Shown: positions 56,633 through 64,000 of the stretch, one piece after another | Layout: every line of letters begins with the position of its first letter | Position numbering within the stretch: the first letter of the stretch is position 1 | Origin: Syntrophales bacterium | GTDB taxonomy: Bacteria > Desulfobacterota > Syntrophia > Syntrophales > UBA8958 | Length of the DNA: 64,000 bases | Direction: 5' to 3' | Assembly (NCBI GenBank): GCA_035448805.1 | Contig: DAOTJR010000009.1 | Coordinates: 4,090-68,089 of the forward strand | Program-made: the position numbers and the translations under genes | The notes under the pieces: generated by a model | Seen by the model: only the letters and a program-made list of their open reading frames with translations | Told to the model about the DNA's origin: nothing | The model's database searches: none

Positions 56633-58188
56633 GCCCGCTTCACCGCCTCCCGGTCGACGGTTCCCGCCGGTGTCTTCGGGAGATCCGCCAAGAAAACGAC
56701 CTGCCGGGGGCGCTTGTAACGGGCAATCCGGGAGGCCACGAACTCGCTCAACTCTCCGGCGCTTACCGTGCAGCCCTCCTTGAGGACACAGAAGGCCTGG
56801 ACGGCCTCACCCCATTCCGGATCGGGGATACCGATGACGCAGGTTTCGGCAATCGCCGCGTGGTCCAGGATGGCCTGTTCCACCTCCGCGGGATAGACGT
56901 TCTCCCCGCCGGATTTGATAAGTTCTTTTTCCGGTTTCCGACCCACGTACCAGAGGTAGCCTTCGTCATCCAGGCGGCCCAGATCGCCGGTGTGATGCCA
57001 GCCGTTCCGGGATGCCGCCGCCGTTTCCGCCGTCAGGTTCCAGTAGCCCCGGAAGACCGCCGGGGAGCGGACGCAGATCTCCCCCGGGGTTCCCCGCGGC
57101 ACTTCCCGATCCAAATCATCGCTCAGCATCACCCGGCTCAAGAGGGCCGGGCGGCCGATACTCCCCGGCCGCTCCCGGTAATCGCCCCCGGCAACGGGCA
57201 TGGCCTCCGTCTGGCCGTAAAGGCTGAAAAAGGCGGCCCGGGGATACATCCCCAGGAACCGCTCGATCGTCGCCGGGGCGTCCACCCCACAGGCAAAGCG
57301 CAGAGATGACGGTTTGCATCCCCCCTGCTCCCCGGCATCCAACAGGGCGCCCAGCATGGGAGGAAAAGTAACCAAAAAGGTACCTCCCTCGTCGGCAATG
57401 AGGCGCAGGACGACCGAAGGATCGAAACGCGGCACAAGGACGTTCCTGCCTCCGGCCAGCAGCGCCGCCAGGGTCATGGTCAGGCCGCCGATATGAAAGA
57501 GGGGGAGGATGCCCATATGGACATCCCGGCTGTCGAGGTGAAGAAGGTGGCCGATCTGTAGCGCCGCCGCGATTATGTTGTCCTGGCTGAGCAGGCAGCC
57601 CCGTGGCCGGCCGCCCACGGCCGCCGTATGAATGATCAGAAAGGGATCGGTGCCGCACCCCCCCGGCGCGGCGCCGGCATCTCCTCTTTCCTTCCCTCCC
57701 TCTCCTACAGTAAAGGCATGTAATTCAGAATGTTGTTCCTTTCCTTCCCCCTGACCGTCCGGTATGTTCCCGGCCTTTTCCTCCCCGGCAAAGATAAAGA
57801 CTTTCTCGAGGAACGAGGCCCCGACCGCCACCTGACAGGCCCGCTCCCGAAAATCCCGGCTGCAGAAGAGAAAGCGGGGTCTCGTATCGGTGAGGATGAA
57901 GGCGATCTCTTCGGCGCCCAGGCGCCAGTTTATCGGCACAACAACGACCCCTAAACCAGCCGCGGCCCCGCAGAGCAGGAGGAACTCCACCTCGTTCCCC
58001 GCCAGGACGGCAATCCGATCGCCGGCGGCAATCCCCTCCCGGCGCAATCCGTCCGCAAAGGCCCCGCAGTTTCGGTAGCAGTCCGCGAAGCTCAGGCGCC
58101 GGCCCCCCGCGACGACCGCCTCCCGGTCGTCGTACAGCGCCGCCTGACGGGCGATAAGGTCATAAATCGTGAAATCGGCAGTCTTCAT
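56620..58188 (-). CDS. Class I adenylate-forming enzyme (acyl-CoA ligase-like), divergent
   Basis: 522 aa. A3-like IIHTAAVGGRPRG, A5 FHIGG, A7/A8 WHHTGDLGRLDDEGYLWYVGRKPE..IKSGGENVYPAEVE. The A10 region reads LPKTPAGTVDRE, with Thr where the invariant Lys is expected. A Gly/Glu-rich insertion of about 50 aa precedes A3. Confidence 0.8.
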   Translation of the reverse strand: MKTADFTIYDLIARQAALYDDREAVVAGGRRLSFADCYRNCGAFADGLRREGIAAGDRIAVLAGNEVEFLLLCGAAAGLGVVVVPINWRLGAEEIAFILTDTRPRFLFCSRDFRERACQVAVGASFLEKVFIFAGEEKAGNIPDGQGEGKEQHSELHAFTVGEGGKERGDAGAAPGGCGTDPFLIIHTAAVGGRPRGCLLSQDNIIAAALQIGHLLHLDSRDVHMGILPLFHIGGLTMTLAALLAGGRNVLVPRFDPSVVLRLIADEGGTFLVTFPPMLGALLDAGEQGGCKPSSLRFACGVDAPATIERFLGMYPRAAFFSLYGQTEAMPVAGGDYRERPGSIGRPALLSRVMLSDDLDREVPRGTPGEICVRSPAVFRGYWNLTAETAAASRNGWHHTGDLGRLDDEGYLWYVGRKPEKELIKSGGENVYPAEVEQAILDHAAIAETCVIGIPDPEWGEAVQAFCVLKEGCTVSAGELSEFVASRIARYKRPRQVVFLADLPKTPAGTVDREAVKRAYRS

Positions 58189-58246
58189 GTCCCCTCCCTG
58201 TATTCAGACCGGCAGCCCTCCCCCCCGCACCGCCGGCAAAAACGCC

Positions 58247-58951
58247 TTACCCTCCGGCCAAGATTTCCGGTAAAGCCTTCCCCGCCCCTTCCCGGATCAC
58301 CTCGTCGTAAAGGGGCGACATCTCGTTCGGTTCGGGGTTGATCTCGATGCACCGCGCACCGTTCTCTTTGGCAAAGCGCGGGAAACCCGCCGCCGGATAG
58401 ACGACCCCGGAGGTCCCGATACTCACGAACAGATCACAGGTCCGAATCGCCGCCACGGCGGCCGCGATCACCCCCTGGTCGAGCATGTCCCCGAACCAGA
58501 CAATGTCCGGCCGGAGCCAATTCCCACACCGTGGACATCGGTAATGACGATACTTCGGGCCGATGTCCTCCCGAATGCCGTCTTCCCGGCACCGGAGACG
58601 CCAGAGGCTCCCGTGCAGTTCGATAACCCGCACACTCCCCGCCCGCTGGTGCATCCCGTCGATGTTCTGAGTCACCACCGTCACGCGGGGATGATTCCTT
58701 TCCAGGTCCGCAATGGCGATGTGTCCGTCATGGGGTGTACAGGCCAGCACGGCGGCGCGTCTCAATTCATGGAATTTCAACACCTTTTCCGGGTCGCCGT
58801 CAAAGGCCTCCTGACAGGCGAATTCCTCCCAGCGGTACTGACTCCAGACACCGCCGCGTCCCCGATAGGTGGGAACGCCGCTCTCCGCCGACATCCCGGC
58901 ACCGGTAAAAAAGACGATATTTTCATACTGCCGGGGATCAATTTTCTTCAT
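58247..58951 (-). CDS. cobB: NAD-dependent protein deacylase, Sir2/CobB type
   Basis: GGGAGG precedes the ATG at 58951. FFTGAGMSAESGVPTYRG, TQNIDGMH, HGSL, a Cys-rich zinc module (C...CPRCG), RPDIVWFGD and GTSGVVYPAA. Confidence 0.88.
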   Translation of the reverse strand: MKKIDPRQYENIVFFTGAGMSAESGVPTYRGRGGVWSQYRWEEFACQEAFDGDPEKVLKFHELRRAAVLACTPHDGHIAIADLERNHPRVTVVTQNIDGMHQRAGSVRVIELHGSLWRLRCREDGIREDIGPKYRHYRCPRCGNWLRPDIVWFGDMLDQGVIAAAVAAIRTCDLFVSIGTSGVVYPAAGFPRFAKENGARCIEINPEPNEMSPLYDEVIREGAGKALPEILAGG

Positions 58952-59120
58952 CTCCCTACCTCCCATGGGCATCCTTGTTTATCACGGCCTCTCCCTTCCT
59001 GCAACCACAACACAGCCCTTTTCCGGGCTTTTCCCATCCCTTTCTCCTTTTCAGATCGCTAAAGGTTCGATGAATACAGACGGTGTCTTCCTCAGAGTGT
59101 TTACTGCAAATTCATCAGCC

Positions 59121-59149
59121 TTGACATGTCCGGAAAACCCGGGTATTTT
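59121..59149 (+). promoter_or_regulatory. Sigma70-like promoter candidate for the 329-aa orphan gene
   Basis: TTGACA (59121-59126), 17 nt, TATTTT (59144-59149). The leader of about 135 nt contains the ATGCCGG-CGC-CCGGCAT palindrome. Confidence 0.45.
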
Positions 59150-59287
59150 CCCGCCACTGACCGACGGCGCCATGCCGGCGCCCGGCATCGTACCAATACG
59201 ACGAGTTGTCCGGAAGGGTGGCAAACGACCCTTCTTAGCGAGGCACGCGCCGAACCGTCGCCTCTTCCGTAAGGATTTTTTATCGCC

Positions 59288-60277
59288 ATGCTCAAGGTTA
59301 TTGCCGACCCCCAGACCGTCAGGCGCTGCCAGCAACTCCTCGTCCGGCGGATCAGGGCGGCGGGCGGGGAAAAGATACCCGTGGTCATGGGTCATCAGGG
59401 GGCCAGCATCAGGGGGCGGGTCTGGTGGTCAGACCGGCTCGGTTTGTGGTTCTTCCCGGGCGGCGGGGAGGAGAACCGCTACTGGAACGCCTTCGGGACG
59501 GCACGTCCCAAGCCCGACGCCTCCTTATCCATCACCTGCGAGATCAACTTCCCCAAAGAGGGCATCGACCGGCGCATCGGCGGGGCCTTTGCGGTGGACG
59601 GCCGGGGACGGATCTTCGTCGTCCACCGGGGCAAGCTGGGAGGCGGCCGGAAGGGCATCGGCAAGGCCCTTTTTGAAAGGCAGTACCGGGGTGTCTGGGT
59701 GGAAATGGACGATGACGGGGAGGAGGTCTTCGTCGCCGTCGTCGGCCACCTCTCCTCACCACGGTTCGCACGCCAGGTGGCCCAGTTCGTGGGAAAAATC
59801 GAGCGGATCAAGGATAGGGCCGCATCTTCCGCCCAGACGGAGATGGGGTTCGACGATCTCCGTCTCCGGGAGGAACTGCTGGGGATGCGGCAGTGCGAGC
59901 TGCTCCGGGAGACGGCCGGTGAGTGCGATCACGGCCTGATCGTCAAGGACCTGGCGGCGGCGGTGAGAAATCTGCACTTTCGATCCGGCAATGACGGCCT
60001 GCGGGATCTCATGGTCATGGACAGGCAGGGCCAGACGGCTATTTTCCAGGTCAAGACGGACAATCGCTACCGCAGCGTCCAGGAGGGGGCCACCCAGCTC
60101 CTCGTCAACAGCCTCCTCTTGCCCCGGCCCCCGCGGCTGATCCTCGTCCTCCCCGAACCACCCGAAAACGCCACGGTAAAAAAGCTCCAACGGCTCAATA
60201 TCCATGTCCTCATCTACCGCTGGGAGGGTGAAACGGCCGTTTTCCCGGAGCTGAGATCCCTCCTGAACGGTTTCTGA
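59288..60277 (+). CDS. Hypothetical protein with unknown N-terminal domain and PD-(D/E)xK-like C-terminus
   Basis: 329 aa. The C-terminus has GLRDLMVMDRQGQTAIFQVKTD...QEGATQLLVNS, a D-x13-QxK plus QxxL pattern. The N-terminus (RYWNAFG..., VVHRGKLGGGRKGIGKALF) is unassigned. Confidence 0.6.
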   Translation: MLKVIADPQTVRRCQQLLVRRIRAAGGEKIPVVMGHQGASIRGRVWWSDRLGLWFFPGGGEENRYWNAFGTARPKPDASLSITCEINFPKEGIDRRIGGAFAVDGRGRIFVVHRGKLGGGRKGIGKALFERQYRGVWVEMDDDGEEVFVAVVGHLSSPRFARQVAQFVGKIERIKDRAASSAQTEMGFDDLRLREELLGMRQCELLRETAGECDHGLIVKDLAAAVRNLHFRSGNDGLRDLMVMDRQGQTAIFQVKTDNRYRSVQEGATQLLVNSLLLPRPPRLILVLPEPPENATVKKLQRLNIHVLIYRWEGETAVFPELRSLLNGF

Positions 60278-60334
60278 CTTTCAATTCCTCAAGCGGGTAC
60301 AGCGAGAGTGGTCCTGCCGGAGTTTCCATGGCCG

Positions 60335-62065
60335 TCAAGGGATCAAGAGCAGGCGGTTGTCCGGAGACCGTGACTCCCCCAGACTGGTAACGACAATGGC
60401 CGGTCGCCCCAGGACCGGACATTTGTTTTCACAGACCCCGCATCCCACACAGACAGAAAGATCCACATGGGGTTGTTTCAGCACCACCTCCCGGCCCCGG
60501 CGGTCTCGCAGCCGGACCTCCTCGAACCAGACGGCCTTGGGAGAGGTGGGACATACCTCCTCACAAACGATGCACGAGGTATGGTGGGCAAAGGGCAGAC
60601 ACCGCCCCTTGTCGATCATGGCCGAACCGATCTTCACCACCGCCTTGTCCGCGGCGGTGAGTTTCCCGATGGCCCCGGTGGGGCAAACCTGACCACAGAG
60701 GGTGCAGCGGTACTCGCAACCGCCGATGCGGGGGACAAGGACGGGGGACCAGATACCCTCCGGACCGGCTTCCCATAGGGTGGGCTGAAGGCCGCCGGTG
60801 ATGCACACCTTCATGCATTCGCCGCAGCGGAGGCAGCGTTTCAAAAACAACGTTTCCGGCAGGGCGCCCGGAGGTCGAATCAGCTCCGGTTCGGCGGCCC
60901 CGGCTTTCGCCAGGGGGGTGATCCGGAGCAGCGGTGCCGCCAGCGACGCCGCCAAGGCGGCGCCGAGGACGCGCCGCTTGCCGAGATCGAGGGCATGGGG
61001 GACCGGCCGGGACGAAAAACCGAAAGATACGGCATTCTGCGGGCAGGGATCGTCGCAGTCGAAACAATACATACATTCGGCAGCAGCCCAATTACGACCT
61101 TTCCCGCCGATCGCTCCGCCCTGACAGTCCCGCCGGCAACGGCCGCAGTCATTGCAACCCTCACTTACCGAACGTTTGAGGAGGGCGAAACGGGACAAAA
61201 GCCCCAGGAGGGCCCCCAGGGGGCAAAGGTGCCGGCACCAGAAGCGCCTCTCCCTCAGGTTCAGGGCCAGGAGGAAAAAAAAGAGCACGCCGATTGCCGC
61301 TCCCTGGAAAAAGAACGGCTGGGAGAAGGGGAGGACCGTCTTTCTCAGACTATCGTAAACGATCTCGGCGCCATTGCTCAGAATGGGAACATGCCCATGA
61401 TACAGGGTGTCGAAGACGGCGCGGAGGGCGTAGCTGAAAAGGGGATAGACACTCAGGGAAAGGGAGCGGACAAGGAGGGAGAGGGGGTCGAAGATCCCCG
61501 CCGCCTGGACCCCCAGGACAGAAAGGACCAGGATGAATACCAGGAGGAGATATTTGCTCCGGTATGGGCCCCAGTTTTTGCCGTCTTGCCGGCCTGAGTC
61601 CCGGTCGGTGCGGATCTCCGGATGTTTGTCGCCGCTTTCCTCCCCCCGGGCGGGACTCCGCCCCGGAGCGACGGCAGGTCCTGCACGCGGTCGCCCCCCC
61701 AGGAACCGGCGGAGACGCTCCCGGAGTTCAACGGCGATGTTTCGCCGGCGTCGGCCCGTAACGGTCTTGATCCGGCGCAACCCTCCCACCATCTGATGGA
61801 GCGTGCCGAAGGGGCAGATCCAGCCGCAGAACACCCGTCCCAGGAAGATGGTGACGACAATGACGGCCCCCGCCAGGGCAAAGGCGCCATAAAAAGACCT
61901 TGAGGCAAGAACGGTGGTGATCCAGAGGAGAGGATCGGCGTCCAGAAAGATCTTCACCGGATAACCCAGCTCATTGTCCCCCCGGGATTCCGTCTGGAGG
62001 AACAGCCAGAGAAAGAGAAGAAGAAAAAGGGTCTGGCTGAAACGGCGCAGGTTTTTAAGCGTCAT
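60335..62065 (-). CDS. Membrane polyferredoxin (NapH/NosR-like TM region plus multiple 4Fe-4S motifs)
   Basis: 576 aa. CGWICPFGTLHQ and CRHLCPLGALLGL membrane motifs. Six CxxCxxCxxxCP-type clusters (for example CVGCGVCENKCP, CIVCEEVCP, CLRCGECMKVC). An Arg-rich loop of about 75 aa follows the first motif. Confidence 0.8.
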   Translation of the reverse strand: MTLKNLRRFSQTLFLLLFLWLFLQTESRGDNELGYPVKIFLDADPLLWITTVLASRSFYGAFALAGAVIVVTIFLGRVFCGWICPFGTLHQMVGGLRRIKTVTGRRRRNIAVELRERLRRFLGGRPRAGPAVAPGRSPARGEESGDKHPEIRTDRDSGRQDGKNWGPYRSKYLLLVFILVLSVLGVQAAGIFDPLSLLVRSLSLSVYPLFSYALRAVFDTLYHGHVPILSNGAEIVYDSLRKTVLPFSQPFFFQGAAIGVLFFFLLALNLRERRFWCRHLCPLGALLGLLSRFALLKRSVSEGCNDCGRCRRDCQGGAIGGKGRNWAAAECMYCFDCDDPCPQNAVSFGFSSRPVPHALDLGKRRVLGAALAASLAAPLLRITPLAKAGAAEPELIRPPGALPETLFLKRCLRCGECMKVCITGGLQPTLWEAGPEGIWSPVLVPRIGGCEYRCTLCGQVCPTGAIGKLTAADKAVVKIGSAMIDKGRCLPFAHHTSCIVCEEVCPTSPKAVWFEEVRLRDRRGREVVLKQPHVDLSVCVGCGVCENKCPVLGRPAIVVTSLGESRSPDNRLLLIP

Positions 62066-62075
62066 TCCGGGCCTC

Positions 62076-62984
62076 TTATACGGTGAGGCGCCGGACCCGG
62101 AGCCGGGAGAGATTCATGTTGCCCAGCCCGCTGCCATGGCCGATCCGGACGCAACCCAACGCGTCGTGTTTAAGACCGAAGAGGGTAGACCCAAAGGCGT
62201 CCACCGCCACCTGATCCGTCCCGGCCACCACCGTATCGAGACGCCGGACATCGGCAAGGCTGCCCCCCTGGGGCCCATTGGCAACCAGAATCCGCACGGC
62301 ATCCAGGACGATCAGCGACGGCCGGACGACCCGGGCAATATCCACGAGACTCTCATCGAGGCGCTGGTGGATCCGTCCCCGCCAGCCCCCCATGACCCCC
62401 ATCCAGTTTTTCATCCCCAGCGTCAGGGTGGCGATCCCATGCACCTTGGCAATGGGGACATTGATCACCTTGTCCGCCTCGAGAATCTCCGTGTAGAGAG
62501 GCCAGGATTTGAGAAGCTCACCCCGGACGGCGGTATCCCTGAATTTACGTTCGTCGATGAAGGAAACACGGGCCCCCGCCGCAGTTGCCGCAGCGGCGAT
62601 GCCGCTCTGCCGGTAGGTCCGCCGGGGATCGTTGACGGGATAATCGAAAACCTTGACTGTTTTGGCGCCGGCTTCATAAGCGAGGCGGACCAGTTCCGCC
62701 ACGACGCCGGGGTTGGTATTGGCGGCGTACTCCGGGGTCCGGTCCCAGCCGATGTTCGGCTTGACGACCACGATATCGCCCCGGGAAACGAATCTGCCCA
62801 TCCCCCCCAGTTCCCCCACGGCCGCCCGGGTGATCCTTTCCGGCAGCGGTCCCCGCACCACGGCCAGATCGGGCCGTTCCGCCCCTTCCACCAGGGCAAG
62901 CAGGGGGTCGATCCCCCCTGCCAGACTCAGGGTCGCCCCGGTCAGGATGGCTTTCCTTAGGAAATCACGCCGCTTCATACGCAT
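62076..62984 (-). CDS. DUF362-domain protein with twin-arginine signal
   Basis: MRMKRRDFLRKAILTGATLSLAGG is a Tat motif. The DUF362 core is GDIVVVKPNIGWDRTPE...NTNPGVV...GAKTVKVFD. Confidence 0.8.
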   Translation of the reverse strand: MRMKRRDFLRKAILTGATLSLAGGIDPLLALVEGAERPDLAVVRGPLPERITRAAVGELGGMGRFVSRGDIVVVKPNIGWDRTPEYAANTNPGVVAELVRLAYEAGAKTVKVFDYPVNDPRRTYRQSGIAAAATAAGARVSFIDERKFRDTAVRGELLKSWPLYTEILEADKVINVPIAKVHGIATLTLGMKNWMGVMGGWRGRIHQRLDESLVDIARVVRPSLIVLDAVRILVANGPQGGSLADVRRLDTVVAGTDQVAVDAFGSTLFGLKHDALGCVRIGHGSGLGNMNLSRLRVRRLTV

Positions 62985-63293
62985 TCCTTTACGGGAGGCA
63001 AGCCGACAGCCGGCGATGGTTCACGCCTGCCGGCAAGAACCGGGAGGGCAATAACGTTTCTTCCGGCACCGCAGTCCCTGTCTCTGAGCGACTGCCCCAG
63101 TTTATGCAATTTTGCAACAACCGCCGAGACGACTCCGTCAGTCGGCACCGCCTTTCTCGGTATCCCCCGTTGCCTTCTCTTTCACGGCAGACATTTCGGG
63201 ACAACACTTTTTACAGGTATTTAAAGATTCTTTCAAGTCCTCTTGTCCATCCCTCGGACCAGCGGCGACGCTCCAATAAATATTTATTTAAAT

Positions 63294-63347
63294 ACGGCAA
63301 GTTACGGTGAGGGCAGACAAAAATGTAATCTGGCACGATTATTTCAT
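63294..63347. repeat. Related copy D of the dispersed repeat (with internal insertion)
   Basis: ACGGCAAGT (63294-63302), about 35 nt of intervening sequence, then GATTATTTCAT (63337-63347). The same two blocks are adjacent in copies A and B. Confidence 0.4.
63331..63346 (+). promoter_or_regulatory. Sigma54-like -24/-12 element
   Basis: TGGCACGATTATTTCA versus consensus TGGCACG-N4-TTGCW, with one mismatch (G to T at -13). It lies 45 nt upstream of the ATG at 63391, which has a GGGAGG RBS. Confidence 0.4.
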
Positions 63348-63390
63348 ATAGAAAAGTAAAAAGAAAACTTACCAAGGGAGGAAAAAGACC

Positions 63391-63666
63391 ATGAAAAAGA
63401 CCATATCCACTATCATCGTTGGGGCTGTCTTCGTATTGCTCACCGCCACATTCAGTTTTGCCGAGTTCGCCGCGACGGGAGGAGAAAACTTCCCCTATTT
63501 TCACCTGGGACTCGTCATCATCGGCGGCCTGATCATCTTCTCGCTCAAGCAGAGATTTGACAAGATGTACGCCGGAGAAGCGGTGGGAGCCTTTGCCCTT
63601 TACACCTTCTACGTGGCACTGTTCACCGCCCCGGTCATGGAAGCGATCAAGGCACTGGTCAGTTGA
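63391..63666 (+). CDS. Small membrane/secreted hypothetical protein
   Basis: 91 aa. Signal or TM segment MKKTISTIIVGAVFVLLTATFSFA followed by two further hydrophobic helices. Good RBS. Confidence 0.6.
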   Translation: MKKTISTIIVGAVFVLLTATFSFAEFAATGGENFPYFHLGLVIIGGLIIFSLKQRFDKMYAGEAVGAFALYTFYVALFTAPVMEAIKALVS

Positions 63667-63829
63667 CCCCTTTCTAAGTCCCCGTCCTCCCGATGAGACA
63701 GACCCGCCGTTCTCCCGGCGCCGCCCCGGCGGCATCGGGGAACGGCAGGTTTATCATTACCCCACCGGCACCTGGAGTTTCTCCCCCGCGCATTGTTAAT
63801 CTTCCGGATATGTGCTATGCCTCGCCCCT

Positions 63830-64000
63830 ATGAAACAGCTTGTCGTCGGTATCGTCATCAGCATCGTCCTGGTCTATTTCTCCCTGCGCGGCATAGATTA
63901 CCAGGATTTATACAAGGCCCTGCAGGGCATCTCCTATGGATACGCGGCGGCGGCCCTGGCCATAATGATCCTGATGCAGGTCATCCGTTCCGTACGCTGG
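63830..64000 (+). CDS. Lysylphosphatidylglycerol-synthase-TM-region-like (UPF0104 flippase-like) protein, 3'-partial
   Basis: Not in the ORF track because it runs off the window. The ATG at 63830 gives MKQLVVGIVISIVLVYFSLRGIDYQDLYKALQGISYGYAAAALAIMILMQVIRSVRW, a typical N-terminus for this family. Confidence 0.5.
   Translation, partial: MKQLVVGIVISIVLVYFSLRGIDYQDLYKALQGISYGYAAAALAIMILMQVIRSVRW

Noticed and set aside
58247-58951. Sir2 gene as part of a defence system (ThsA/DSR-like) together with the neighbouring nuclease-like gene
   Set aside because: The protein is short (about 234 aa). It carries the full CobB signature, including the zinc module, and has no extra sensor or effector domain. 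It is co-directional with an acyl-CoA-ligase-type gene. A housekeeping deacylase is the simpler reading. The nuclease-like gene is divergent and has its own promoter.
58869-59939. 356-aa plus-strand ORF spanning the cobB start, the intergenic region and part of the 329-aa gene
   Set aside because: It crosses a promoter-like intergenic region and overlaps two better-supported genes in other frames. The product is extremely Ser/Gly/Arg/Pro-rich.

Overview
GC-rich bacterial chromosomal segment. By inference it resembles a Desulfobacterota/deltaproteobacterium: it has a PxxKW Cys-rich protein, a pheST-ihfA-merR arrangement, many class III cyclases and PAS kinases. No rRNA, CRISPR array or intact mobile element is present. 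Most of the window is housekeeping.

**Gene content, in order:**
- eno (5' partial).
- A minus-strand block: PTS-IID, ptsH, ptsI, plsB.
- A long minus-strand translation cluster: tRNA-Val, thrS, infC, rpmI, rplT, pheS, pheT, ihfA, merR. Upstream of it sit a DUF799 lipoprotein, a FecR-domain protein and pgsA.
- rsmI.
- A UDP-xylose-type sugar operon: UXS, FAD oxidoreductase, UGDH.
- rnhA and a RumA-like methyltransferase.
- A small decayed accessory patch: IS4-type transposase remnant, a disrupted DUF1566/dockerin gene and an AT-rich island.
- A long minus-strand block: CHASE2 cyclase, alanine racemase fused to an unknown domain, two divergent Ddl paralogues, mlaE, mlaF, long mlaD, an HExxH protein and an FmdB zinc ribbon.
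- tRNA-Thr, a GAF-GAF-PAS cyclase, a coiled-coil protein and galE.
- hsp20-lon.
- A TetR-controlled, YbhGFSR-like ABC-2 efflux operon with its own TolC. Its two ATPase halves are separate genes.
- A 1099-aa multi-PAS hybrid kinase, a hemerythrin and an EcsC-like protein.
- A divergent adenylate-forming enzyme next to a CobB sirtuin.
- An orphan 329-aa protein with a nuclease-like C-terminus.
- A Tat-DUF362 plus polyferredoxin pair, a small membrane protein and a 3'-partial UPF0104-type gene.

**Most unusual items:**
- The racemase(+unknown domain)/Ddl/Ddl module, which lies outside any cell-division cluster and abuts mlaEFD. One Ddl has lost the Ser150/Tyr216 equivalents.
- A dispersed AT-rich intergenic repeat family at four or more loci.
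- The orphan nuclease-like gene.
- The adenylate-forming enzyme that lacks the A10 lysine, beside a sirtuin.

All family assignments come from reading motifs by eye. No database search was possible.
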